Shown in pieces: positions 25,801-38,299 of a stretch of DNA of 64,000 nucleotides; within the stretch, counting starts at the first letter, position 1; each line of letters starts with the position of its first letter. Source of the stretch: Octopus vulgaris (taxonomy: Eukaryota); contig OX597830.1 in the NCBI GenBank assembly GCA_951406725.2, forward strand, positions 25,110,001 through 25,174,000, read 5' to 3'. The notes under the pieces were generated by a model that saw only the letters and a list, made by a program, of their open reading frames with translations, ran no database searches and was not told where the DNA came from. Position numbers and translations under genes: made by a program.

Positions 25801-27539
25801 CAATATTATATTGAACTTAAAACCAATTTTTTTCTTTTGCACTACCTTCTTTGATGGTAAAGTGTGGGGAGCAATTCACTGTAACTTTTGCATATTTAAG
25901 ATGTTTTTTTCTTCAAAAATCCTCTTTGAGTTATGTTTTAGGCACAAGAGATTATTATCCAGCCCAAAAAACACATTTTGTCTTTTGTTGCTTTTTTTTC
26001 CCCCACAAATTCAGTCCTTTAAATCCCACCTCCTTGTAACGTTTTGTGATATTTCAATTTAAGTATATAAAATAGCCAACAATAAAATGAAAGTGAAAGA
26101 AAATGATTTTTCACAAATAGAATAATTTTAGATTGATTTATTGGTTTTTAGATAACTGATTTATCACTAAAATACAAATGATATTTTTTATGAAGCTTTG
26201 GGTTTTTTTTAATAAAATCTAGAAACTGAAAGAAAATTATTCTCCTCACAGTTAACAAACCTATTGCTTGATTACAACATAGTACTGAATTGCGAATGAA
26301 TCCAATGAGTTCAAGAAATTCAATTGCTTAATCAGTATTGGGAGTTATCTCATGAATATTTCATAGAAAATGATTCCTTTGATTGTTACATAGGCTTTCA
26401 GTCTACCACATGCAATTATTTCTTTAGTATGTAAACAATTCAGAAAAAAATGCTTCAGTTTTATTACCAATAATTTATTGGTGATTATCATTCAGTTTAT
26501 TGTCAGCCATTTTATATATCAAAAGAACCAAATGTTTTTTAAAATTTTTTCCAAAAGATTTTCTCAAAGAAAATTTTTTAGCCAATCAATTAATGTAATC
26601 TGTACAATAATACTAACCTTTTGATTAGATATTTTTCAAAGACTTTTTGAAAACAAAAGCCCAAAGTAAAATTAATCATTCCTGTGTTTTGATACATCAG
26701 ACATTAACTTCCAGGGAGGGCTTCCTACAACCTGCACAAAATAATGAAATTTATACTTATTCAATAATGAAAGCATTTTTAGAGCTCATTTTTTAAAAGA
26801 ATTTTCAAGCAACATAATCAAATCACATAATCAAAGTAATGAGTATTCAATGATACTTTCTTCTATAAATCCAAGGTCTAAAATTTTTGGGGAAGGGAAC
26901 AAGTCAATTACATTAACCCCAGTACTCAACTAGTACTTATTTAATTAACCCCAAAATGATGAAAGGCAAAGTTGACCTTGGGAAACAAGCTATTCACTGC
27001 ATTTTGTCATGGAGAATATATCTTGCTTGTTGATAAATGGTGTGTTTTGTCATTTAACATATTTATTTTGCTGCTTAATGTATTATATATTATGAAATTA
27101 TCACTAGTAGCATAATAGCTGTAATATAACCGTGTAGAACCAGTGAATAAATTAGTCCCAAATAGGTTACAGCCATTGTGAAGTCCTTCTTCACAAGATA
27201 CATTCCTTTGGCTGGCTGTGTCCCGATTGACAGAAATCAACAGCCATTACTATTTCAAAAATTAATTGTTAACAAACAGTTAATCTTTGAGCACATCTAG
27301 GATCTTGAATTTGTTGTTAACCTCTGATATAAGCCTCTAGATTTGTCACTGACTTGAGATATTTCATTTCAATTGTTTGCTTTATCCTCTGCTATGAGGA
27401 AGTGATGCAGTGGTCAGCAGATAGTCTTGGCTGGATTGGTGGTGTATGCATCAGTAGCTGGTGACTAAATAATCTTTACAATGCTGAGTTCCAAGGACTG
27501 AGTGACACAGTCAAGTTTCCAGCAAGTTTCAGCTAGAGA

Positions 27540-27920
27540 TCAGCACTAAAATTATCAAGATCATAGCTGCCACCAGGGAATCAGAGCAGCTTACCATGTA
27601 ATGTCAGGGTATCATGCTAGCCCAGGAGATTGATAAGTTCAAGTACTCAGGCATCATTTTGACTAAACAATGAACTGCAATCAGGAAGTCAGAACAAGAC
27701 TCACTGCAGATAGATCAGACATGGAGTTATTAAATACAATATGGAGAGACTATACCCTCAGCAAAAGCATCAAGCTGGTTTGGCCAGTGGCATTGTACAG
27801 ATGTAAAGCATGAACCCTTAGAATGGCTGACACCAAACAAGTAAGAGTATTTTTTTAAGGTGATGTGCTACAAATAAGCACTGTGGATCTGTTGGGTGGC
27901 CCACAGAAATGATGACTGGA
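27540..27920 (+). mobile_element. Highly decayed LINE (RTE-like) C-terminal RT fragment
   Basis: EIDKFKYSG motif followed by degenerate ...KLVWPVALYRCKA*TL, resembling the post-RT region of RTE LINEs. Confidence 0.45.
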
Positions 27921-28286
27921 TAGAAAGGACCCTGGTAGAGTGCATGACTGCAACATGAAACTGCAAAGTGTGACTTCTGTCCTGGAAGTGAAAATATTCG
28001 TTCATTCACATTGTTTAATATGTCCTTCCCTTTGAAGGATAAAGAAACAGTAGGATACTATTTGAAGAAGATTTAGCTGCTATATATAGCAAAATTAGTG
28101 ACCATGTAGAAACTCCACCATTCACTCATAAGAAGAGGCCATTCAGACAGCTGTAAGAAAGGCTTCTACAAATGAAAATAACCAATTAAAAACATTTTCA
28201 ACTATATTTAAAAGTAGTTTGAAAACATTTTAGCAGGCTTGAATTCTGTAAGATAAATTTCAAATTATTAACAATTCATTATATTA

Positions 28287-28666
28287 CTAGCAGTATCGCT
28301 CGGCGTTGCTCGGGTTTGTAAGGGAAATAACTATATAAGCATTTTTAGAGATGTAAAGTATAATAGCCATCTCAATATGGCTAACCACAAAGGGGTGGGG
28401 TGTTACTGTAGCTTTTTACGTTCTGAGATTTAATAATAAATTTTTAGAGAGTTACCTCCCTTATATATGCCAAAAATGCATTAAAAAATGGGAAAAATTG
28501 ATGGTAAATTTTTTTTTAAATCGTAGACTCATCGTAGACGCGCGCTAATACCCAGAAGGGCTCGATATGAATCACGACTATAAGTTAAACTGCACTGCAA
28601 AATGTGGGAGTAGTTAGGAATCTAAATCGTAGGAGACAGACAGCACACAACCTCTCTTTTATATAA
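28287..28666 (-). mobile_element. Non-autonomous Helitron-like element (family of 41403-41916)
   Basis: Reverse complement ends CTTACAAACCCGAGCAACGCCGAGCGATACTGCTAG|T. Internal blocks are shared with 41403-41916. Confidence 0.75.
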
Positions 28667-29059
28667 TAATAATTTCTTCTACAATAAAATATTTCTTTCA
28701 GGAAAGAATAGTAAGTAAAATATTGATTTTGGAATTTTGCCAGAATATTAAAAATACCAAGAGAATTTAAATTGTTTGCGATTTATAAAGCTTTTTAAAA
28801 ACTAACACTTCTGTCTCTTCACTTCATACTTAAACATTCATACATATGCATACATAAATTAAACATGTACATAAACATAATCAGATACATAATACACACA
28901 CACACACACACATTGATATTTATATGCCCAATTAAGGAGAAAGAGAGAGTGATAAAGCAGCTTATGATTGAAGAAATTCACAGTTAAAGAGCATTTTTAA
29001 AAATAAACTTGACATATTTTCTCAACAATTCCTTATACATTAGCCATTTGTTGAATAAT

Positions 29060-29099
<40 letters not shown>

Positions 29100-29220
29100 C
29101 ACATGTGGATATAAAATAAAAGAAGGAAAATTTTATATATATATATATTTTGCATTACAACTCATCACATTGAGAAATTCTCCTCCTCCCTTCTTGTTAC
29201 TATACACACACACATATATA

Positions 29221-30491
29221 TTGGGTCATCCCATAAATATGGTTTTTCCAATTGCCTGAACTAAAAGTCAGAGGGAGACGGGAAAAATTATCTGCATTAA
29301 TTTGCTGTAAAAGCAGGTAGTAATTTTACTTTGTCTTTATTCTTAGTACAAGTTATGAAGAGCACAGTTTGATTTTAACAGTTATTTTTTCAAAGCTATA
29401 ATGGAACAAAGGAGCATATTCAACATATTTTGCTTTATGAGTTCAATAAAGGCAACAACGCAACAGGAAGGGTGAGTAATATTAATGCAGTATATGGAAA
29501 TCAGACAATAAGCTTAAGCCAGTGTCAACGGTGGTTCCAGAAACTCCAAGCTAGAAGATGAACCTCATCCTGGAAGATCTGTAGAGCTCGACAAGGACAT
29601 CCTGCAAACCCTGGTGGAACAAAGTCCTATCGTAACTGTTGAGGAACTAGCAGAGAAGCTTGGATTTGGTCATTCAACCATTCATTGACACCTGCATGCC
29701 ATCGAAAAAGTCAGCAACTTGGGTCAGTGGGTTCCTCACAAACTTTCTGAGTTTAATTGCATGCAGAAACTGAAAAAGTGAATGTGTGCTCTTCTTTGCT
29801 GTTATCTCTCACAAATAAGCCTGTTTTGGACAAAATAGTGACCGGTAATGAGAAATGGGTTCTCTATAAAAATGTCAAGTGCCAGACACAGTGGGTAGGG
29901 AAAGGAGAAGCACCAGCACCCCAGGCTAAAGAAGGTCTTCATCCTAGTATGATGTTGTTATTTGTTTGGTGGGATATGAAAGGTTTAGTCCACTTTGAAT
30001 TTTTAAACCCAAACCAAACGATAACACAGCAGACCTACTGCAAGCAGCTTGAACGGCTTAAGTCAGCACTAAAAGAAAAACGACCATCCTTGGTTTCAAG
30101 ACAAAAGGTGTTCTTCCATCAGGATAATGTTCAGCCACATACAGTGAGGATTACATTCCAAAGGCTGGAGCAGTTTGAAGGGGAAATGATGCCCCACCCA
30201 TCATATTCACTAGACATTGCTCCATCTGATTACTATCCATTCCACAGTCTTCAAAATCATTTGGATGGAAAAAATATTAATTCTGTATATGAGATCAGAA
30301 CAGAACTAGAGGAGTATTTTTCTTCACGGACAAGTGAATTTTGGAAGAGGGGGCTTGAAAGTCTACCAGATAGATGGAAGAGCATTGTAGAAAATGAAGG
30401 AGAGTATATTTTAGATTAAAAAAGAACTTTATCTTAATTTTGAAAAATAAAAGAAGTATATAAAGACCACATTATTTATGGGATGACCCAA
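29221..30491 (+). mobile_element. Near full-length mariner (DD34D) element, inactive
   Basis: TIRs TTGGGTCATCCCATAAAT / ATTTATGGGATGACCCAA with TA on both sides. Transposase motifs WVPHKL, VTGNEKW (first D changed to N), FHQDN, HPSYSLDIAPSDY. The N-terminal half has stops and frameshifts. Confidence 0.92.
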
Positions 30492-30759
30492 TATATGTAA
30501 AGATATAAATGATGGAGAAATATTATGATGAACTTTATTTTATAATAAACATCAAAGCATCATGACAAATTTGTTTTAGTAACCTCAAAACGTGCAAATA
30601 GCTCATATTATTGTATTTAATAATAAATAAGTTATTTACATGTCTACATTAATGCAAAATGTGAAAAGTTAACTGAAGATAATGCAGAATTTGGGCTACT
30701 TCATCAGCTTTTGCTAATCACCTCCACGCATTTCTCCACAGTAAAATCATCAATAGATG

Positions 30760-31385
30760 GGTACAAGGATATTACATAAATACTGCCTATTATGCAGCCC
30801 ATCAGGTCATAGGCATGGTTGCATTCATTGGCTTTGCTGAGCAGCATTAGAGTGTACAAAACAGCCAGGACGAAGAACAAGGCTATCATAGAGAGTGATG
30901 CAAATGGGATCTGCCTGCTATACAGGAGTAAATCCCGGAACAGCACAGAAAAGACCAGAAAAAAGATAGATAAGGCTAGTTCATGGTATGACAATGCAAG
31001 ATACTAGTGTTGTGTTTGTTGATGGTGAACTAGCATACCTTTTTAGAAATGCATTAGATAAGGTAAATCTACAGATTAAAGTAGTGGAAAGGCCTGGGGC
31101 CCCCATAAAAACCCTAATCTGTAGAACTGTCCCTTCAATATGTCCCCATGTATGGAGAATAATTGTATAGTACATAGAATGAATTCACAGGTTAACTGTA
31201 ATATGAAGTATATAGTCTTTTGCTTATGGTGTTTTGAGTGATAGTGTAGAAACAAGACAACTTACATTGGCGAGATGGCATGCAGCACAGTGGAGTGAAT
31301 AAGCAAACACTGGTAGGAACTCAAAGAGAAGAAATGTTCGTCAATGCTTAAACATGCTCAAGCAGAACATAGAGGCTTGGTTAAT
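30760..31385 (+). mobile_element. Penelope-like element remnant (linker plus GIY-YIG)
   Basis: LYRSKSRN...KASSWY, SVVFVDGELA...IKVVERPGAPIKTL, then VNCNMKYIVFCLWC...TTYIGE, a degenerate GIY-YIG with upstream Cys cluster. Confidence 0.6.
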
Positions 31386-32739
31386 AACATAGAGATTAAG
31401 GTATTATCAACACAGAATTGACACAACACTTAGACAGATAACAGAGGCTACACACATAGTAATAAACAGACCGAGCCTCAACAGAAAACATGAATGGAAC
31501 AATGACACCACACCACCACCACCACCACACCATGCAACACAGAAGGGAGAAAAAAAAGACACAGGTACAAACAGCATAATACACACACAAAAGACAAATA
31601 TACACATGCCCACGATAAATATAAGAAATAGAGATAAATAAGTAAGGAAAAATAAAACTATATAAAGGGGATGGATACAAATAAAGTGAGCAAACCTATA
31701 TACACACACAAACACACATACAGCAACTTCACAAATGGCTGCAACAACAACAACATAAACAAACACACAAACACAGAAAGATACTAGAACAATATCAAAA
31801 GTAAAGGCCAAGAACAGCTGCAGCAGCAACAGAAGAGAAAACGTGAGGGAAGGGTCAAAGTACCAGTAAGAGCAATGACAATAATGATTACAACAATATA
31901 AAGGACATGTATATAAACAGTGTAGTAGGCAAGCCCATACATACACACACACACATAAGCACACATGTGAAACACATAGACATGTGTATACACATGCATG
32001 CACAAATACACATACACACATAGATATGGATGCAAATGCATACGCAGATAAGGGTACACAATATTGAAGGACATACTGGACTAAGCAGAGCAGGAAGATG
32101 CATGAAGACAGACAGTGTCACTGAAGAGGGCACAGATGTGTGATTAAAAATTTCCAAACAATGGACATCAGTTAAAATAAGAACAGTAATAAATGAGTGA
32201 AGAACAAATATATAGTGCATGTGTTTATTTGGTAAAAAGAAATGACCATCCCAAAATATAACAATATCTGTTTCAACATATGGTTTCACATCAGGAATTT
32301 TGCAACACTGCTGTGGCAGACGCCCCCAGGTGAGTAGTGGACTGGTCCACTACTAATAAATAGTTGACTGACACAGTCGGTAATGTCAGTCAGTAAGGTA
32401 TGCTGTTCAGACCAGTACCGCAGTGACAAAGAAATGTGTTGTCATAATGTGGGACATAACAGTGGCGATGCGGATACCTCCCACTGTATAACAGTGTTGT
32501 TATAACAATGATAACAAGGTTACCAATGCTCATAGGAGTGTCAAAATGGAAGACCTACGTTCAAGAACAATGAAAGAAAGTTTGAAGGATTTGAACTCTA
32601 ACATAGAATCGAACTTCATACAGTGAAAAGTAATATACACACTGTGAAAAATTTATAAAATATGATTCTGAAGAAAAAAAACACTAACACAATTGAACTT
32701 CACAGTGCTTTCATTTAATTTAAAACTTCATCTTCTAAT

Positions 32740-34660
32740 GTTTATTTTCATTTTATCAAAACTATTACATCAAATCCTGTTTTCTGATTGAGTAAAAATG
32801 ATCAAACTTTAAACCTCTGTAACATTTTAAAAAAATTATTCTGGAATAAATGAACCACAAACTCAGATTCAGCATGAAAAATTACATCAATATACCAAAT
32901 TTGAAAATTTTCACACAATTTTCAAATTTCAAAATCCGTGACAGCAACAGAAAAATAGCTCTTTCATTTTTTTACTTTCAACATGGAATACTTTCCCCCT
33001 CTCTATACATTTTTACCACACTCTCTCTTACTCTCTATAAAAGTATAATGTTCACACTGAGTATGTGTGTGTTTTTCAGTGTGTCTGAGTATGTGTATGT
33101 TTGTCAGTGTGTGTGTATGCATGTGTGTAAGGAATTACATTAGGGTGACAGTGATTTAAAAAGTTTGTAAAAGATAATTTATTTTAATACCATACTTTTC
33201 TGTTAGTAAATATGTTTTTCTTACACACACACACACATGGAATTAGCTGATGCAGTGTTGGGGGGGTGGAGTAGAAATTTAAATTACAGATTGTTTTTGC
33301 TATTGCTTAAATCCCAGCAAAGGGTCACTGTGTCATCATTCCATCAAATGCATTTATGGGGAGAAAAATATTGTAAAACATTTACACGTCAGAATGACAA
33401 AGAAACAAGTAAGGTACTAGGTGGTCGTGGGACGTGCTAGAAACAACAGCTAAACTTCCTTTAAATCACACACCATTCATATGAAATTATTTTGAAATCA
33501 TAAACACAAACAAATTGTAGATTTGGACAGTCCATCTAATGATTAAAAGAATGTTAATCAACTACGATTAAAATAATTTTCAAAACAAAGCCAAAAATTT
33601 AGGATTTACAGAGAGGGTTAATGAAAAAAATTAAAGATTTCACTATCATTTTTAATAACATTTCATTTTCTGTTTGAAAATAAAGGATGTGAGAATTATA
33701 ATGGTGATCACTGATTTCCAAAAATTTTATCTTTTTTTTCACCACAAAGGCTTTGCCATCAATTTCTAGTATAGTACAAAAAAGAAAAGGCCAAAATTGA
33801 TAGTGAGTTGAGGAGTAAGGTTTGAGAAAATTCATGAATTTCCCCATATTTTTTTAACCAAAGGAATGTCCCCTGTTGTTTTTAAGTGCATAATGTAAAA
33901 AAAAAAAAAGGGCAAAATCAGTCCTGGGGGAAAAAGTTCGTAAATTTTCAAAAATGCTTTTATGAAAAGCTCATCCGCCCCACCCCCATCATTTGCAAGG
34001 GTGTAGTAGAACAAAAATTTGAAAAATCTCCTTCAAAACAGAGAAAATCCAATTTATGAGGGTGTACTATTCTGAAAATCCATCAAGGAATGCTATAGAA
34101 AAAAATTTTCTGTACTATGCTCAGATTGAAACCCAAACACTCAGAAATGTTCATGTTGGAGCTTCTAGTGTGAATGACAAGCAGCACAGCATGTTGTGTC
34201 ATAGTTCTGTTTTTCTCACAGTTGGCGCCCAACTGACCCTAATATACCATGCAATCAACAAAATTCAAAATAATGTGCATGTACAAAATTAAAAATACAA
34301 AGTGGCGACAATTTACCCATTGCACCCTGTATATATACACATACATATTTACAGTTAAAAAGATTAGATAAAACACAATACAAGACAGCATGTCTCGTGT
34401 GTCGCATCTTATAAATGTCTGTCTATCTACCTCACTTGGGCCTTTTCTGTTGGTGTCACAGGTTTTGAAATTTTAAAACTGTGTGAAAATTTTCAAATTT
34501 GGTATATCGATGTAATTTTTCATGCTGAATCTGATTTTGTTTTTTATTTGTTGCAGAAAAATTCTAGAAAAATGTTACAGACATTTAAAGTTTGATCATT
34601 TTTACCTAATCAGAAAGCAGAATTTGGAAGTTGGCATTTTCTGCACAAAATGAAAACAAA
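32740..34660. repeat. Long inverted repeat pair (about 215-bp arms at 32740-32955 and 34443-34660), likely MITE/fold-back termini or two inverted copies
   Basis: AAAATGATCAAACTTTAAA...CAGATTCAGCATGAAAAATTACATC...CCAAATTTGAAAATTTTCACACA...CAACAGAAAA recurs as reverse complement. Confidence 0.8.
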
Positions 34661-34689
34661 ATTGTTATGACAAATTTTTATTGATTATT

Positions 34690-34860
34690 ACGAATGCAAA
34701 ACATTACATCAATGAACGGTGGGAAAAATTATTTTCAGATTAGAGGCATGCTGATGGGGAAATTAAAGGCATGGAGCTCTAGTTTATGTAAACTCAGTTA
34801 TGGGACACTTGAAACAAAACCTGTATCAAAGAGTAGAAGAAAAGTATGGCACTGACTTTA
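34690..34860 (+). mobile_element. Penelope-like RT fragment
   Basis: GKNYFQIRGMLMG...ALVYVNSVMGHLKQNLY resembles the PLE RT motif Y.Q..G.AMG...AP.YANL.MG. Confidence 0.5.
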
Positions 34861-35019
34861 CAAGATTGTATCTGAGCAGTCTGCCATTGCTAGGCAATTT
34901 TCACAATAGAATGCCTTTATGTTAATTTTTTTCCATGTTAGACCATGTCTTCCCTGATGAAAAGACCTTTTGATCAGGATGGATTGCTGCAATTTTTTTT
35001 TTTAATTTTGTTTTTAAAA

Positions 35020-36810
35020 ATTTTCTTTTGTATCCAACTGTCTGCAGCAACCATAGCTATGGTTGCTGCAGACAGTTGGATACAAAAGAAAAGAACAAAC
35101 AGAACATAAAGAACCATACTGGCTTAGATGAATTTGTGAGAAGCAAACAAAGTTAAAAAGATATTTAGGACAAGTTGATAGATTGAGAAGAGGGGAATTG
35201 CAGAATGAAAGCATAAGAATAATGCTGGAAAGAACATGTAGAATAAGAGATATAGGTTATGATGTGATATTGGAAGAATTGAAACAAAGAGTAGTGGCAA
35301 TCAAAGCAAAACTGGGAAGATATGATAATAGAAAAAGACACTTCAGGCAAAACAGATTGTTTGAAGCAATCAGAAGAAACTGTTTCAGGAACTAGATGGC
35401 CAAATACACGTAACAATGATACCAGATGCAGAGGAAAGCAAGACATTCCGGAGAGGGATCTGGGACCAACCTGTAGAGCATAATGATGAAGGAGAGTGGC
35501 AGCATGAAATCCAAGATAGGTTAAGAAATATAGAAGTCCAAGAAGACATAAAAATAACTACAGAAATGATAAAAAAGCAGTTAAGAAAATCCCCAAATTG
35601 GAAGAACCCATGACTGGATGGGGTCCAAGGTTACTGGATGAAGAAGCTGAGAGGGCTCCATGAAAGGATAGCACAACTAGGTAAGTGCTTGCAGAAAAGC
35701 ACAGTACCCAGCTGGATGACAAAGGGAAAGACTTTGTTATATGCCAAGGATCCTGAAAAAGGAAATGTTGCATCCAACTTTAGACCAATAACATGCCTTT
35801 CCGCTAATGTGGAAACTAATGTCAGGTGCTTTGGCTGGTGAACTAGGAATATTTGAGGTAGATGGAATCAAACACCACAACATGAAGGAAAAGACAAAAA
35901 GAGAGTACCTGCAACAAGTGAGAAAAATATTGGTTTCAAAGCTGAATGCTAGAAACATAATTTTGACAATAAACTCGCATGCAGTCACAGTAGTTTGATA
36001 TGGCACTGGAATCCTGCAGTGGACAGATGAGGTGCTAAAAGAGATGAACAGGAAGTCAAGAAAGCTCCTAATGATGCATGAAGCTCACTCACCATCCACA
36101 TGCAGACACTGACTGCCTATACATGAAGACAGCAAATGGAGGAAGGAGACTGATAAGTGTGAAGACTAAGTGCGTATCGAACTCAAGAGCTTAATTGAAA
36201 TAGCTAGCCCAAAGTAAGGAAGTCTTGCTAATGACAGTTAGGAACGAGGGAGTATAGAGAGCAGAGAAAAAAGGGAAAACAAAGGAGGAAGTACAAAAAA
36301 GACATGAAGAACAATTATGCAAGAAGGGACTACATAATCAGTTCCATGTAGCCACAACAGAAGTTGCTGGAAAAAATAGGTGGGATTGGTTGATGAAAGG
36401 AACCTTAAAAAAAGAGGCTGAGAGCACTATACTGGCAGCACAAGACCATGAACTTGGCCACGAACTGGAGGGTCAACCTTAGGAATGAGCAAGTGTCTTC
36501 ACTGAGCTGTATCTGCAATAGGGTGGATGAAACCATTGCCCATATGAACAAATGCCCTAGACTTGCCCAAAACCATTACAAGTTGTGGAGACATAATCAG
36601 GTAGAGAAAGTGCTAAACTGGAAACTGTGTGAAAAGTGGGGGCTAGAGAGAGGCAAAATGTGGTATGAGCACAAACTTCAAAGAGTGGTAGAGTTGGAGA
36701 CTAGCAATATCCTCTGGGATTTCCCAATCCAAACAGATCAGGTGCTAGAGCATAACAGACCAGACCTAGAGGTGGTGGACAAGGTGCACCACATATGCTA
36801 TATAGTAGTA
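35020..36810 (+). mobile_element. RLE-encoding non-LTR retrotransposon (R4/Dong-like), RT core deleted
   Basis: [29 protein letters not shown], then a jump to EYLQQVRKILVSKLNARN..., ILAAQD, CICNRVDETIAH..C...RHNQV (Zn knuckle) and ILWDFPIQTD...HNRPDL (restriction-like endonuclease). Confidence 0.85.
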
Positions 36811-37619
36811 ACATTATATCTTAGGGTAATGAATACTTTTACATCGGTGTAACATCACTAATTTTCAAGAGGAGACTGGCAAATCACTTGAGCTCATTTA
36901 GAGATAAAAATAAAAATAAAATAAAAGTCTTAGTAAATTAATCTGGTCTATTGAAGATGGAAACAAAGACTATACTATCAATTGGGAATTAATTTATACT
37001 GCAAAACCATAGAAACCTGGAACTAAAAATTGTGACATGTTTAGAATAATTTTGCCAATTTTTACATCTAAGGGTAATATAATAAGTTCTAGACAGGAAC
37101 AAGCTTCAAGATGCTTGCACATGAGGAAATTCACATTTGCCCAGTATAAATGAATAATGAACATTTAAACAAAGGAATGTTTTGAAATAACAGACCATAA
37201 GTGATTATTCATTCAAAACTTGAATTGAAGATAGTTCGCATCTAACTTAACAAACATCATCCAATGCAGAGTAGATAAATGAAAAACTTTAAACAGTTAA
37301 ATCAAAGGATATTAAAGTAAAGACACTGAAGAAATTGCACCAGTGTTATGATAGGGTTGCAATTTCAATGGTTACTAATTGGTGCTGTTGGAACATGTGT
37401 AGGTCTATGTAAAGCTGTATATATATAAATAGAATTAAAGGTAATGCTATGCCACTTCATTATAATCCTTATTATTAGTATTGTTGATATATATAAATAT
37501 TACAATATATACACAGACATAACAGAAGTAAATAGACACCATTATAATCATTAAAATTTATTTAAATCTGAAATTGTATGTTCAAATTATTTATTAATTG
37601 CTATAATGTGAATATTCAA

Positions 37620-38080
37620 TATTTAGTAGACCCTATTATGCATGTTACTAATCAGATGACAAATATTCTCTTGCAGAATTTTTTGCCAAGTTTCATGCAG
37701 TAATCTTAAAAGATTTGGCTTTGAAGAAGCTTTCTTGTTCTTTTTATGGAGTGTGTTGTCCATTATGTTCCAGAGATGTTCAATAGGGTTCATATCTGGT
37801 GATTGTTTGGCCATGGAAGCTTTTTAATGCCATTCTCATCCAACAAATCTTGGATCATTTTAGCCGGGTGGCAAGAAGCCCCATCTTCCATAAATAAAGA
37901 GTCTTCTTTAATCATTTTACCACTGGAGAAGATTGGAAGGAGTCCTTTCTGCAATATGGACACATATTTATCTGAGTTTATGTTTCCCTCACACTCCACC
38001 AGCTCCGATCAACCATTGCTCCAAATTGCTCCCCAGACCATCACAGAATGGCTGCCATGTTTCATTGATGGTAGATAGAT
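37620..38080 (-). mobile_element. Tc1-like (DD34E) transposase C-terminal fragment
   Basis: VMVWGAIW...INSDKYVSIL...FMEDGASCH...LPW-QSPDMNPIEHLW. Confidence 0.85.
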
Positions 38081-38299
38081 AATAAATAGCTTTCTTTATT
38101 ATAATACAGATGTGGCTAATTCTGAGAAACATTACTTTCATTATTTACACATCATTACTCTGTAATTTTGGTTCAAATTGAAAGTGTGAAACTATTTTCA
38201 CTTTCTCATGAAATCTGGTCATTGTAGAGAAGTGTATTTCAAATATCTATAACTGGTTGTTGAGATAACATAGAAAATATGTAAATGAAAATATATTTG

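Noticed and set aside
29757-30419. SETMAR or other domesticated transposase
   Set aside because: No SET domain, TIRs and TA flanks present, catalytic Asp mutated, and upstream frame broken.
31396-32289. Cys/Val-rich ORFs up to 204 aa
   Set aside because: Low-complexity CA-rich DNA open in several frames with no domain motifs.
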